From Alphaproteobacteria bacterium (GTDB lineage Bacteria > Pseudomonadota > Alphaproteobacteria > Bin95), in the NCBI GenBank assembly GCA_963665325.3, contig CAXXWS020000003.1, positions 288,001-352,000 on the forward strand: a stretch of 64,000 nt of DNA, written 5' to 3'. The number at the start of each line of letters is the position of its first letter. Within the stretch, counting starts at the first letter, position 1. Of the stretch, positions 35,301 through 45,574 are shown piece by piece. The notes under the pieces are model-generated. The model was not told the origin of the DNA, ran no database searches, and saw only the letters and a list, made by a program, of their open reading frames with translations. A program made the position numbers and the translations under genes.

Positions 35301-36044
35301 TCAGAGGCGCCAGCCTCGATGCAGCGCGACGACGCCGCCCGAGAGTATGCTCCAGCGCACCCGGGCGAAGCCGGCGGCGCCCATCAGGCCGGCGAGCGCT
35401 TCCCGGTCGGGGAAGCGGGCGATGCTCTCGGCCAGGTAACGGTAGGCCTCCGCGTCCCCCGCCACCAGCGCGCCGAGGCGCGGCAGCACGCGGAAGGCGT
35501 AACGCTCATAGACGGCGCGCAGCGTCGGCGCGGCCACCTGGGAGAACTCCAGGCAGAAGAACCGGCCGCCCGGCTTCAGCACCCGGCGCATCTCGGCGAG
35601 CGCCCGCTCGCGGCCCGTTACATTCCGCAGGCCGAACGCGATGGTCACCGCGTCCTGGCTCATGTCGGGGAAAGGCAGCGCCTCGGCGTCGGCCACGGCC
35701 CAGCCGACCTCGAGGCAGCCCCGGTCGAGCGCCCGGTCGCGCCCGGCGGCGGCCATGTCCGCATTGATGTCGACGACGACCGCCTCGGCCCCCTCGGCCG
35801 CGGCGGCGACAGCGATATCGCCGGTGCCGCCCGCCACGTCCAGGACCACCATGCCGGGGCGCGGGCGCAGCGCGCGGACCAGCGCCGCCTTCCACAGCCG
35901 GTGGACGCCGAGACTCATCAGGTCGTTCATCAGGTCGTAGCGGGGCGCCACGCTGTCGAACACCTCGCGCACGAGGCCGGCCTTGTCCCCCCTCGGCACA
36001 TCCCGAAAGCCGAAATCGACCGAATCGTCCGCTCGCCCGCTCAT
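35301..36044 (-). CDS. ubiE: Ubiquinone/menaquinone C-methyltransferase
   Basis: VFDSVAPRYDLMNDLMSLGVHRLWK, LDVAGGTGD, IAFGLRNV, YLAESI. Confidence 0.96.
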   Translation of the reverse strand: MSGRADDSVDFGFRDVPRGDKAGLVREVFDSVAPRYDLMNDLMSLGVHRLWKAALVRALRPRPGMVVLDVAGGTGDIAVAAAAEGAEAVVVDINADMAAAGRDRALDRGCLEVGWAVADAEALPFPDMSQDAVTIAFGLRNVTGRERALAEMRRVLKPGGRFFCLEFSQVAAPTLRAVYERYAFRVLPRLGALVAGDAEAYRYLAESIARFPDREALAGLMGAAGFARVRWSILSGGVVALHRGWRL

Positions 36045-36121
36045 GGCCCGAAACATAATGCAGCCCCACCGGGTTCGATAGGCCATGCGCCGGTGCGCGA
36101 AACCCTCTAGCCTTCGCTCCC

Positions 36122-36952
36122 ATGCCGGAACTGCCGGAAGTCGAGACGGTGATGCGGGGGCTGGCGGGGGCGCTTGCGGGCCGGCGGCTCGCACGCGTCG
36201 AGCAGCGCCGCCCGGACCTGCGCTTTCCGCTGCCGGAGCGCTTCGCGGCACGGTTGCAGGGCCGGCGCATCCTGGGCTTCGGACGGCGCGCGAAATACAT
36301 CCTGGCCGAACTGGACGACGGCGTGACCTGGCTCTCCCATCTCGGCATGTCGGGGCGGATGATGCTGGGCGAAGGCCCGGCGCCGGAGCCGGAGCGCCAC
36401 GACCATCTGATCGTCGAGACGGACGACGGGCAGCACCTCATCTACCGCGATGCGCGGCGCTTCGGCTTCATGGACCTGATCGGGGCCGAGGAACTCGACG
36501 ACCACCCTCGCCTGGCCGGCCTCGGCATCGAGCCGCTCGGGCCGGAGCTTACCGGCCGCCGGCTGCGCGCCCTGTTCGCCGGCCGGCGCGCGCCGCTCAA
36601 GGCCGCGCTGCTCGACCAGCGGCGCATCGCCGGGCTCGGCAACATCTATGTCTGCGAGGCGCTTAACCGCGCGCGGCTCCACCCCGACCGGCCGTCCGGC
36701 AGCCTCTCGGCGGCCGAGGCCCGCGCGCTCGCAAAGGCCGTGCGCGAGACGCTGGAGGAGGCAGTGGCGGCCGGGGGCTCTTCGCTCCGCGACTATGTGC
36801 AGGCCTCGGGCGAGCTCGGATATTTCCAACACAGCTGGCGCGTTTACGGGCGCGAGGGAAGCCCCTGTCCCTGCGGGCGCAAGGACGCCATCGTCCGCCG
36901 CAGCGTCCAGTCCGGGCGGTCCACCTTCTTCTGCCCCGTCTGCCAGAAATAG
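36122..36952 (+). CDS. mutM: Formamidopyrimidine-DNA glycosylase
   Basis: MPELPEVET, HLGMSG, GLGNIY, C-terminal Zn finger CPVCQ. Confidence 0.98.
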   Translation: MPELPEVETVMRGLAGALAGRRLARVEQRRPDLRFPLPERFAARLQGRRILGFGRRAKYILAELDDGVTWLSHLGMSGRMMLGEGPAPEPERHDHLIVETDDGQHLIYRDARRFGFMDLIGAEELDDHPRLAGLGIEPLGPELTGRRLRALFAGRRAPLKAALLDQRRIAGLGNIYVCEALNRARLHPDRPSGSLSAAEARALAKAVRETLEEAVAAGGSSLRDYVQASGELGYFQHSWRVYGREGSPCPCGRKDAIVRRSVQSGRSTFFCPVCQK

Positions 36953-36970
36953 CCGGGCAGGGCCGGTGTC

Positions 36971-39364
36971 ATGACAGACCTTCCCTCCCACGCTTCCGCC
37001 GTCGTCATCGGCGGCGGCATCATGGGCTGCTCCACGCTCTACCACCTTGCCGAAATGGGTCTCGGCGACGCCATCCTGCTGGAGCGCAACAAGCTCACTT
37101 CCGGCACGACCTGGCACTCGGCGGCGCAGGTCCGCGCACTCCGCCATTCGCGCAACCTCACCCGCATGATCCGCTATTCCATCGACCTCTATTCCCGGCT
37201 GGAGCGGGAAACCGGGCAAAGCACCGGCTGGATCGGCAAGGGCTCTCTGTCCATCGCCACGACACCGGACCGGCTGACCCATATCCGCCGCCAGGAGGCG
37301 CTGGCGCACGCATTCGGCGTCGAGGCGGAGTCGATAAGCCCCGGCGAGGCGAAGGAGCGCTGGCCGCTGATGAATGCGGACGACGTGCTGGGGGCCGTCT
37401 GGTCGCCGGGCGACGGCCGGGTCGGCCCCTCGGATGTCTCGGCAGCGCTCGCCAGGGGGGCGAGGGAGCGCGGCGCCAGGCTGTTCGAGGACGCGGGCGT
37501 GACGGGCATCCTGACGGAGAACGGGCGGGTGTGCGGCGTCGAGACGACCCAGGGGGTCGTGATGTGCGAGGCGGTTGCGGTCTGCGCGGGGCTCTGGTCG
37601 CGCGAGGTCGCCGCCATGGCCGGCGCGCGGGCGCCGCTGCTCGCCTGCGAGCATTTCTACCTGCTGACCGGACCGGTGGAGGGCATCGACGGCAATATGC
37701 CGACCCTCTCCGACCATGACGGCCGGCTCTATATCCGCGACGACAGCGGCGGCCTGCTGATCGGTTGCTTCGAGCCGCTGGGGAAACCGATACCGCCGGG
37801 CGGGCTGGGCGGGAATTTCGCCTTCGACCTCCTGCCGGAGGACTGGGACCATTTCGAGCCGATGATGGTGAATGCGCTTCACCGCCTGCCGGTGCTGGAG
37901 ACCGCCGAGGCCCGGATGCTGCTCAACGGGCCGGAGAGCTTCACGCCCGACGGCATGTTCATGCTGGGCGAGACGGCGGAGACCCGCGGCCTCTTCCTCG
38001 GCTGCGGCATGAACTCGGTAGGCGTCGCCTCGGGCGGCGGGGCCGGCATGAACCTCGCCCACTGCATCGTCCACGGCCGCACCGCCTACGACCTCTCGGA
38101 AGCCGACGCCATGCGCTTTGCGCCGGTTTTCGACAGGGTAGAGCACCTGATGGCCCGCGCGCCCGAAATCCTCGGCACCCATTACGAGATCGCCTATCCC
38201 GGCCGGCAACTCGCCACCGCACGCGACCTGCGCCGCCTGCCTCTCGACGCCGAACACCGGGCCGCGGGCGCCCATATGGGGCAGTTCTACGGCTGGGAGC
38301 GGCCGCTCTGGTTCGGCAAGGCTGCCGAACCGGTCCTGCGCTTCGACCGGCCGGACTGGTTCGAGGCGGTGCAGGGCGAGGTCATGGCCGCCCATGAGCG
38401 GGCCGCGGTCTTCGACGCCAGCCCCTTCGGCAAGATCGAGGTGGAAGGACCCGGGGCGGAGGCCTTCCTCCAGCATATGTGCGCCTCGGACATGGCGCGT
38501 CCGCCGGGCGCGGCAATCTACACGGCCATCCTCAATGCGCGCGGGACCTATGAGAGCGACCTCACCGCGCAGCGCCTCTCCGCCGACCGCTACCGGCTCT
38601 TCACCGGCGCGGCGGCCATCGCGCGGGACCTCGCCCGGTTCGGGCGCCACGCCGATGGCTTCGATGTCCGGCTCCGGGACGTGACGGAAGACTTTGCGGT
38701 GCTCGGCCTGATGGGCCCCGACAGCGCCGGGATCGCCGAGACGCTGGGCGCGCCGGCGCTGAACGAGCTGGGCTATTTCCGGCACACTCATGCAACTCTC
38801 GCCGGGCGACCGGTGCGGGCCGCTCGCCTCTCCTATGTCGGCGAGGCCGGGTGGGAGCTGACCTGCCGGCCTCCCGACGCTACCGCCCTCTACGGCGCAT
38901 TGTTGGAGGCCGGCGCGGTCCCGGCGGGCCTCCATGCGCAGACCTCGATGCGGATCGAGAAGGGCTTTGCGGCGATGGGCCACGAGCTCGACGGCGATAT
39001 CGGCCCGGTCGAGGCCGGGCTCGACCGGCTGTGCTCGCGCAGGAAAAGCTTTGTCGGCTCGGAAGCGCTGGCCGAACGCCGGAAGACGGGACGGCGGACC
39101 CTGGCCACGGTCGTGCTCGACAACCCGGAGGCTGAGCCGCTCGGCCATGAGCCCGTCCGCTTCGCCCGGCGCATCGCGGGCCAGACGACCTCTGCGGCGT
39201 TCGGATACCGCATCCGGCGCCCGCTGGCGCTCGCCCATGTCTCAGGCGTGCCGGACGGCGCGGAAGTCGAGGTCGATATCGCCGGGGACCGCCGTCCAGG
39301 CCGCCTCCGGTTCGCGCCCGCCTTTGACCCCGAGGGCCGCCGGATGCGCGGCAACGGCGGGTAA
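36971..39364 (+). CDS. GcvT-family FAD oxidoreductase (dimethylglycine/sarcosine dehydrogenase-like)
   Basis: IGGGIMG, TSGTTWHSA, NGPESFTPD, GWERP, SYVGEAGWEL, RIEKG. Confidence 0.92.
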   Translation: MTDLPSHASAVVIGGGIMGCSTLYHLAEMGLGDAILLERNKLTSGTTWHSAAQVRALRHSRNLTRMIRYSIDLYSRLERETGQSTGWIGKGSLSIATTPDRLTHIRRQEALAHAFGVEAESISPGEAKERWPLMNADDVLGAVWSPGDGRVGPSDVSAALARGARERGARLFEDAGVTGILTENGRVCGVETTQGVVMCEAVAVCAGLWSREVAAMAGARAPLLACEHFYLLTGPVEGIDGNMPTLSDHDGRLYIRDDSGGLLIGCFEPLGKPIPPGGLGGNFAFDLLPEDWDHFEPMMVNALHRLPVLETAEARMLLNGPESFTPDGMFMLGETAETRGLFLGCGMNSVGVASGGGAGMNLAHCIVHGRTAYDLSEADAMRFAPVFDRVEHLMARAPEILGTHYEIAYPGRQLATARDLRRLPLDAEHRAAGAHMGQFYGWERPLWFGKAAEPVLRFDRPDWFEAVQGEVMAAHERAAVFDASPFGKIEVEGPGAEAFLQHMCASDMARPPGAAIYTAILNARGTYESDLTAQRLSADRYRLFTGAAAIARDLARFGRHADGFDVRLRDVTEDFAVLGLMGPDSAGIAETLGAPALNELGYFRHTHATLAGRPVRAARLSYVGEAGWELTCRPPDATALYGALLEAGAVPAGLHAQTSMRIEKGFAAMGHELDGDIGPVEAGLDRLCSRRKSFVGSEALAERRKTGRRTLATVVLDNPEAEPLGHEPVRFARRIAGQTTSAAFGYRIRRPLALAHVSGVPDGAEVEVDIAGDRRPGRLRFAPAFDPEGRRMRGNGG

Positions 39365-39495
39365 GTGGCGAAGGCTTGCAACGGAAGCCCGCCAGACATA
39401 CCGTTTTCCGGCCTGCGGTAGGCTGTGCCGCCGGGTACGGCCGATGTGCGAGGAAGGGGCGGTTCACCCATGACGATGTCCGGGAAGTGGCGGCA

Positions 39496-39840
39496 ATGAG
39501 GGCGGCGCTCATCTTCGTGCTTTGCCTGTTTGCTGCGGGCGTCCAAGCCGGCGAGCGTTTCGTACCGGGGTTCGAGGCCCTGCCGCTGATGGCGGGGCTG
39601 GAAGTCGAGCCGGGCTCGGCGATGGTGTTCGACAAGCCGGGCGGGCGCATCGTCGAGGCGGCGGCTAACGGCGCCGTGCCGGAGGCCCGCATCCGCAGCT
39701 GGTATGCGGAGGCGCTGCCGCAGCTTGGCTGGCAGCCGGCGGGAGAGGGCCTGTTCCGCCGCGAGGGCGAGATGCTGTCGCTCGCCGTCACCCGGGAAGG
39801 CGCGCGAGCGCGCGTCGCCTTTCGCCTCTACCCCCGGTAG
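39496..39840 (+). CDS. Hypothetical exported protein
   Basis: Signal peptide; LPLMAGL, FDKPGGRI, YAEALPQLGW, REGE. Confidence 0.75.
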   Translation: MRAALIFVLCLFAAGVQAGERFVPGFEALPLMAGLEVEPGSAMVFDKPGGRIVEAAANGAVPEARIRSWYAEALPQLGWQPAGEGLFRREGEMLSLAVTREGARARVAFRLYPR

Positions 39841-39851
39841 CGCCCGTTCGC

Positions 39852-40643
39852 CTATCGCGGCCAGTCGCGGATGGCGAGGAGGCCGGCATCGACGGGCAGC
39901 AGCAGCCCGGTGATCCAGCGCGCCTCGTCGCTCGTGAGATAGACGGCGGCCCAGCCGATATCCCAGCCCGTGCCTTCGGTGCCGAGCGGCACCATCGCCG
40001 CCCGGCGCGCACGGGCTTCCGGGCCCTGATGGGCGACCATCGGCGTGTAGATCGTGCCGACGATGATGCAGTTGCAGCGGATCGCGTCCTTGGCATAGTC
40101 GGTGGCGAGCGACATGGTGAGGCCGTGCAGACCCGCCTTGGCCGAGGCGTAGGCGACGGAGCCGGTGCTGCTCAGCAGGCCGCGCGCGCCGACCACAGAG
40201 GAGATGTTCAGGATCGACCCGCCGCCCGCGCGCTGCATGGCCGGGATGCAAGCCCGCGAGCACAGCATCGCCGAGGTGAGGTTGACGGCAATCGTCGCAT
40301 CCCACCCCTCGCGCCCGATCTCCATCACCGCGCCCTGCTGCCGGGAGCCGCCGACATTGTTGACCAGCGCGTCGATGCGCCCGAAATGCGCTTCGGCGGC
40401 CTCCGCCATCTCATTGGCGTCGGATTCCTCGGTCACATCGCCCGCGACGACAAACGCCTCGCCGCCTTCGGCGCGGATTTCCGCCGCCAGGCCTTCCGCG
40501 CGTTCGGCGGAGCGGTTGACCAGCACGACCCTGGCCCCCTCGCGCGCCGACAGGAGCGCAATCGCCTTGCCGGTGCCCACGCCCTCGCCGCGCGAGGCCG
40601 CGCCGGTCACCACCACGACTTTGCCGTCGAGCCGTCCCCCCAT
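39852..40643 (-). CDS. SDR family oxidoreductase
   Basis: TGAASRGEGVGTG, LVNNVG, and YxxxK (YASAK). Confidence 0.92.
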   Translation of the reverse strand: MGGRLDGKVVVVTGAASRGEGVGTGKAIALLSAREGARVVLVNRSAERAEGLAAEIRAEGGEAFVVAGDVTEESDANEMAEAAEAHFGRIDALVNNVGGSRQQGAVMEIGREGWDATIAVNLTSAMLCSRACIPAMQRAGGGSILNISSVVGARGLLSSTGSVAYASAKAGLHGLTMSLATDYAKDAIRCNCIIVGTIYTPMVAHQGPEARARRAAMVPLGTEGTGWDIGWAAVYLTSDEARWITGLLLPVDAGLLAIRDWPR

Positions 40644-40660
40644 TCGATCCGCCTTCCGTT

Positions 40661-42247
40661 TCAGTATCCGAGCGCGAGACCGTCCTTGCGCGGGTCCGAG
40701 CCTGCAACCAGCGTGCCCGATTCACGGTCGATCCAGATGGCCTGCCCGCCTCCATGCGGAGGGCCCACAGGCGCGAGCGTATGGCCCCGGCGGCCGAGTT
40801 CCGCACAGGCCGCCTCCGGAATGCCGCGCTCGACCGCCACCTCGCCGTCGTAAGCAAAGAGGCGCGGCAGGTCGAGGGCCGCCTGCGGGTCCAGGCCGTG
40901 GTCCAGCATGGAGGACAGCACCCACGACTGGCCGACCGGCTGGTAGTGACCGCCCATGACGCCGAACGGCATGACGGCGCGGCCGTCTTTCGCCAGCATT
41001 GCCGGGATGATCGTATGCATCGGGCGCCGGTTCGGGCGCACGGCGTTCGGGTGGCCGGGCTCGAGCGAGAAGCCGAGTCCGCGATTGTGCAGCATCACGC
41101 CCGACGCCGGCGCCAGGATCGCGCTGCCGAAAGACTTGAACAGCGAGTTGATGAACGAGCAGGCATTGCCGTCCCGGTCCACGACGCACAGATAGACCGT
41201 GTCCTCATGCGCAGGCCAGCCGGCGGCCGGCAGCGCGGCCGCGGCCCGGTCCTCGCGGATCGTTCCACGCAGCGCGGCGGCATAGTCCTTCGACAGCAGC
41301 ATATCCAGCGGAACCTCCGCGTCCGCCGGGTCGGCGACGAAGGCGTTGCGGTCCCGGTAGGCGAGGCGCGTCGCCTCGACGAGCCGGTGCATGCGGTCGG
41401 GCGAGAGCGGGTCCTCCGTCGGCTCGAAGCCCTCCAGCATGTTGAGGATAAGCAGGGCTATGACGCCGACGCCGTTGGGCGGACATTCGAAGACGGTGTG
41501 GCCGCGATAGTCCGTCGAGACCGGCTCCACATATTCCGCCTTGCGGGCGGCGAAATCCTCTTCCGTGTGCAGCCCGCCGAGCGCGCGCAGCTTGCCCACC
41601 ATGTCCGCCGCAACCTCGCCCTCGTAAAACGCGGACCGGCCCTCGCGGGCAATTCGCTGCAGCGTTCTTGCAAGCTCGGGCTGGCGGAAAATGCTGCCCT
41701 CGCAGACTGCCTTGCCCTCCGGCAGGAAGTGCGCCGCCGTGTCGGCATCGCCGGCGAGGCGCCCGGCGGCGTCCGTCCAGTCCGAAGCCGTGCGGGCATG
41801 CACGACGAAGCCGTCTTCCGCATAGCGGATGGCCGGCTGCAGCAGTTCGTCGAGGCCCTTGCTGCCGTGATCCCGCAACAGCTGTTCCCACGCATCGACG
41901 GCGCCGGGCACGGTCACCGCATGGGGGCTCGACCCGTCGAGCGCATTCACGCCGCGCTCCGCCAGCCACTCCGCCGAAAGCGCCGCCGGCGCGTGGCCGG
42001 ACCCGTTGAGCGCGATCGGTGCTTCCGCGCCCGCCGGGGTGTAGAGGCAGAAGCAGTCGCCGCCGATTCCGGTGGACTGCGGCTCGGTCACGCACATCAC
42101 CGCGCAGGCGGAGACCGCGGCATCGACGGCATTGCCGCCCGACCGCAGCACCTCCACCCCGGCCAGCGTCGCGGAAGGCTGGCTCGTGGCGACCATCGCA
42201 TTGGCCGCGCGGACAGCCGAGCGGCCCGGAAAATGGAAATCGCGCAT
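40661..42247 (-). CDS. ggt: Gamma-glutamyltransferase family protein
   Basis: GGNAVDAA, TGIGGD, TVPG, EDTVY (catalytic Thr), RPMHTIIP, GSDPRKDG. Confidence 0.92.
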   Translation of the reverse strand: MRDFHFPGRSAVRAANAMVATSQPSATLAGVEVLRSGGNAVDAAVSACAVMCVTEPQSTGIGGDCFCLYTPAGAEAPIALNGSGHAPAALSAEWLAERGVNALDGSSPHAVTVPGAVDAWEQLLRDHGSKGLDELLQPAIRYAEDGFVVHARTASDWTDAAGRLAGDADTAAHFLPEGKAVCEGSIFRQPELARTLQRIAREGRSAFYEGEVAADMVGKLRALGGLHTEEDFAARKAEYVEPVSTDYRGHTVFECPPNGVGVIALLILNMLEGFEPTEDPLSPDRMHRLVEATRLAYRDRNAFVADPADAEVPLDMLLSKDYAAALRGTIREDRAAAALPAAGWPAHEDTVYLCVVDRDGNACSFINSLFKSFGSAILAPASGVMLHNRGLGFSLEPGHPNAVRPNRRPMHTIIPAMLAKDGRAVMPFGVMGGHYQPVGQSWVLSSMLDHGLDPQAALDLPRLFAYDGEVAVERGIPEAACAELGRRGHTLAPVGPPHGGGQAIWIDRESGTLVAGSDPRKDGLALGY

Positions 42248-42301
42248 CGCAGGGGTGTCCTCGCATCGAATCGTCATATATTTCATATACTTTAGAGCCG
42301 C

Positions 42302-43336
42302 ATGAACAATCTCGCCACAGACATTCTCGACTCCCTGCCCGACCCCGTCCTGCTGCTGGACGCCGGGCGGATCGTCACGAGCATCAACCCGGCGGCGCGC
42401 GCGGTGCTGGGCGATCCCGCCCTCGGCCGGGACCTCAGCCACAGCCTGCGCCACCCGGATGCGCTCCGCGCCGTGGACGCCGTGCTGACGGAAGGCGGCC
42501 TCCACGGCGTCGAGGTCAGCCTGCCGGTACCGATCGCGCGCGCCTTCGATCTCCAGGCGTTGGCGGCCCCCGGCGGGCAGGGCGGCGCGCTGGTCATCAT
42601 GCGCGATGTCACCGCGGTCCGGCAGAACGAGCGGATGCGCGCCGATTTCGTCTCCAATGTCAGCCACGAGCTGCGCTCGCCGCTGGCGACGCTGATCGGC
42701 TTCATCGAAACCCTGCGCGGGCCGGCGGCGAACGACCCTGAGGCGCGGGTGCGCTTTCTGGAGATCATGGACGCGGAGGCCGCGCGCATGTCGCGGCTCG
42801 TGGACGACCTGCTGTCGCTGGCTCGCGTCGAGTCGCGCGAGCATATCCAGCCGGAGACGGCGCTCGAACTTGCGCCCCTGCTCGAGGGCGTCGCCGAGAT
42901 GCTGGCGCTGCGCTCGGACGTGCCGGTGGCGCTGGACATCGCAGACGGCCTGCCGCCGGTGCTGGGCGAAAAGGACGAACTGACCCAGGTATTCGAGAAC
43001 CTGCTGGACAACGCCATCAAATATGGCGGCGAGGATGTGCGTCTGGAGGCGGCGCCGGTCGCGCGCATCCCCGATATCGGCCTGCCGGGCGCCTCCATCG
43101 CCGTGACGGATGCCGGCCCAGGCATCGACGACGCCGACCTGCCGCGGCTGACCGAACGCTTTTACCGCGCGGACAAGGCCCGCTCGCGGCAACTCGGCGG
43201 CACCGGCCTTGGCCTCGCGATCGTGAAGCACATCGTAAACCGGCATCGCGGGCGCATGGCGGCAACAAGCACGGTCGGCCAGGGAAGCTGCTTCACCGTA
43301 TATCTGCCGTCCGCCGAGGGCGCGAACGCCCCTTAG
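42302..43336 (+). CDS. phoR: Phosphate regulon sensor histidine kinase lacking TM segments
   Basis: PAS domain, MRADFVSNVSHELRSPL, NAIKYG, LTERFYR, GGTGLGL. Sits directly upstream of pstSCAB-phoU-phoB. Confidence 0.88.
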   Translation: MNNLATDILDSLPDPVLLLDAGRIVTSINPAARAVLGDPALGRDLSHSLRHPDALRAVDAVLTEGGLHGVEVSLPVPIARAFDLQALAAPGGQGGALVIMRDVTAVRQNERMRADFVSNVSHELRSPLATLIGFIETLRGPAANDPEARVRFLEIMDAEAARMSRLVDDLLSLARVESREHIQPETALELAPLLEGVAEMLALRSDVPVALDIADGLPPVLGEKDELTQVFENLLDNAIKYGGEDVRLEAAPVARIPDIGLPGASIAVTDAGPGIDDADLPRLTERFYRADKARSRQLGGTGLGLAIVKHIVNRHRGRMAATSTVGQGSCFTVYLPSAEGANAP

Positions 43337-43371
43337 GCCAGTGTCGTAATTCCGTTTGGCACGGGCCGGCG

Positions 43372-43389
43372 GCGTCACATTACCGTAAT
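43372..43389 (+). promoter_or_regulatory. Pho box upstream of pstS
   Basis: GCGTCAC-ATTA-CCGTAAT with 11-bp period. A weaker copy GTGTCGT-AATT-CCGTTTG lies at 43341-43358. Confidence 0.65.
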
Positions 43390-43514
43390 GAAAATGCAGT
43401 ACCTGTGACGCGGGTTTGCAACGGCCGCATCATTGCTGCGCGGCAGGGTGGCAGCGGGCGGCCAGGCACACGCATGGCTGTCGCCGTAACCATGTCAACA
43501 AGGGACGCTCCCAG

Positions 43515-44561
43515 ATGAAAAAGACGCTGATCGCCGCGCTGTTCGCCGGCGTGGCCGTCGCGGGCGCCGCAGAGGCCCGCGACCAGATCCGCATTGTCGG
43601 GTCCTCGACCGTGTTCCCGTTCTCGACGGCAGTGGCCGAACGGTTCGGCAAGACGACCTCGTTCAAGACCCCGATCGTCGAGTCGACCGGCTCGGGCGGC
43701 GGGCTCAAGCTGTTCTGCACGGGGATCGGCGAAGGCCATCCCGACATTACCAACGCCTCGCGCCGCATCAAGGCGAAGGAAGTGAAAAAGTGCGCGGACA
43801 ACGGCATCGCCGATGTGATCGAGGTCAAGGTCGGCTATGACGGCATCGTGCTCGCCAATTCCCGCGCGACGGACCGGATGTCGTTGACCCTCAAGGATGT
43901 CTTCCTGGCGCTCGCGCACGAGGTGCCGGACGGCGCCTGCGGGAGCGCGGACGCCTGCCCGATGAAGGCGAACCCGAACAAGACCTGGAAGGACGTCAAT
44001 ACCGACCTGCCGGATGTGCGCATCGAGGTGCTCGGCCCGCCCGCGACCTCCGGCACGCGAGACGCCTTCGTCGAGCTCGCCATGGAAGGCGGCTGTAAGA
44101 CGTTCGCCGGCATCGCGGCCATGAAGAAGGCAGACAAGAATGCCTACAAGAAGGTCTGCCACACGATCCGCGAAGACGGCGCGTATATCGAGGCCGGCGA
44201 GAACGACAATTTGATCGTCCAGAAGCTGACGACCAATCCGCGCGCGCTCGGCATCTTCGGCTTCAGCTTCCTCGACCAGAACGACGACACGCTGCAGGGC
44301 AGCACGATCGACGGCGTGGCGCCGGAGTTCGAGGAGATCGCCGACGGCAACTATCCCGTCTCCCGTGCGCTGTTCTTCTATGCGAAGAAGGCGCATATCG
44401 GCGAGGTGCCCGGCATCGCCGAGTTCATCGCCGAGTTCACGAACGAGGCGACATGGGGCCCCGACGGCTACCTGGCCGACAAGGGCCTGATCCCGATGTC
44501 CGATGCCGAGCGCGAGGAGTGGCGCGCGGCGGCCAACGGCCTCCAGAACCTGTCCATGTAG
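43515..44561 (+). CDS. pstS: Phosphate ABC transporter substrate-binding protein
   Basis: Signal peptide; IVGSSTVFPF, ESTGSGGG, NASR, SGTRDAF, GENDN. Confidence 0.96.
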   Translation: MKKTLIAALFAGVAVAGAAEARDQIRIVGSSTVFPFSTAVAERFGKTTSFKTPIVESTGSGGGLKLFCTGIGEGHPDITNASRRIKAKEVKKCADNGIADVIEVKVGYDGIVLANSRATDRMSLTLKDVFLALAHEVPDGACGSADACPMKANPNKTWKDVNTDLPDVRIEVLGPPATSGTRDAFVELAMEGGCKTFAGIAAMKKADKNAYKKVCHTIREDGAYIEAGENDNLIVQKLTTNPRALGIFGFSFLDQNDDTLQGSTIDGVAPEFEEIADGNYPVSRALFFYAKKAHIGEVPGIAEFIAEFTNEATWGPDGYLADKGLIPMSDAEREEWRAAANGLQNLSM

Positions 44562-44584
44562 GGCGGGCGGTGGCGGAGCCCGGC

Positions 44585-45574
44585 ATGGCGCAAGCAGCCG
44601 CAACGGCGCAGGGCGGAACGCGCCCCTCGCTCATGGCGGCGCCGGAAGGACGGCGCGCGCGCCAGGTCCTGGGCGAGCGCGTCCTGCTCGGGCTCCTCGC
44701 CGCCAGTTCCCTCGTCGCGATCCTGACGACCGTCGGGATCGCATTGTCGCTGCTGTTCGAAACCCTTCGCTTTCTCGACGCGGTTCCGCTGTTCGACTTT
44801 CTCTTCGGGCTGAACTGGAGCCCGCAGATCGCCATCCGCGAGGACCAGGTGGGGTCGAGCGGCGCGTTCGGCGTGATCCCGCTGCTGGTCGGCACCGGAC
44901 TCATCGCCGCCGTGGCGATGACCGTCGCCGGGCCGTTAGGACTGCTTTCGGCCATCTACCTTGCGGAATACGCAAGCCCCCGGGCCCGGTCCTTCGCCAA
45001 GCCGATCCTCGAAATCCTGGCTGGTATCCCGACCGTGGTTTACGGCTTCTTCGCGGTGCTCGTCGTCGCGCCCTTCGTGCGTGACAGCTCGGAGGCCGTC
45101 GGCTTCGAGGTCTCGTCCGAGAGCGCGCTGGCCGCCGGCGTGGTGATGGGCGTGATGATCGTGCCCATCGTCTCGTCTATCGCCGACGATGTCATTTCCG
45201 CCGTGCCCCAGTCCCTGCGCGAAGGCGCCTACGGGCTGGGCGCAACCAAATCGGAGACCGTCCGGGACATCGTGCTCCCGGCCGCGCTCCCCGGCATCGG
45301 CGGCGCACTCCTGCTTGGCGTCTCGCGCGCAATCGGGGAGACCATGATCGTGGTCATGGCGGCCGGCCTTTCGGCCCACCTGACCGTCAATCCACTTCAG
45401 GCCGTGACCACCGTCACGGTGCAGATGGTCGCCCTGCTGACCGGCGACCAGGAATTCGACAGCCCGAAGACGCTGGCCGCCTTCGCGCTCGGCCTCCTGC
45501 TGTTCATCGCGACGCTGATCCTGAACCTCATCGCGCTCATGCTCGTGCGCCGCTACCAGGAACGCTATGACTGA
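44585..45574 (+). CDS. pstC: Phosphate ABC transporter permease
   Basis: LAGIPTVVYG, EGAYGLGAT, SRAIGETM, GDQEFDS. Start uncertain. Confidence 0.95.
   Translation: MAQAAATAQGGTRPSLMAAPEGRRARQVLGERVLLGLLAASSLVAILTTVGIALSLLFETLRFLDAVPLFDFLFGLNWSPQIAIREDQVGSSGAFGVIPLLVGTGLIAAVAMTVAGPLGLLSAIYLAEYASPRARSFAKPILEILAGIPTVVYGFFAVLVVAPFVRDSSEAVGFEVSSESALAAGVVMGVMIVPIVSSIADDVISAVPQSLREGAYGLGATKSETVRDIVLPAALPGIGGALLLGVSRAIGETMIVVMAAGLSAHLTVNPLQAVTTVTVQMVALLTGDQEFDSPKTLAAFALGLLLFIATLILNLIALMLVRRYQERYD

Noticed and set aside
42272-42287. Pho box upstream of phoR (CGTCAT...TTTCAT)
   Set aside because: Half-sites are 9 bp apart, not 11, so autoregulation is not supported.
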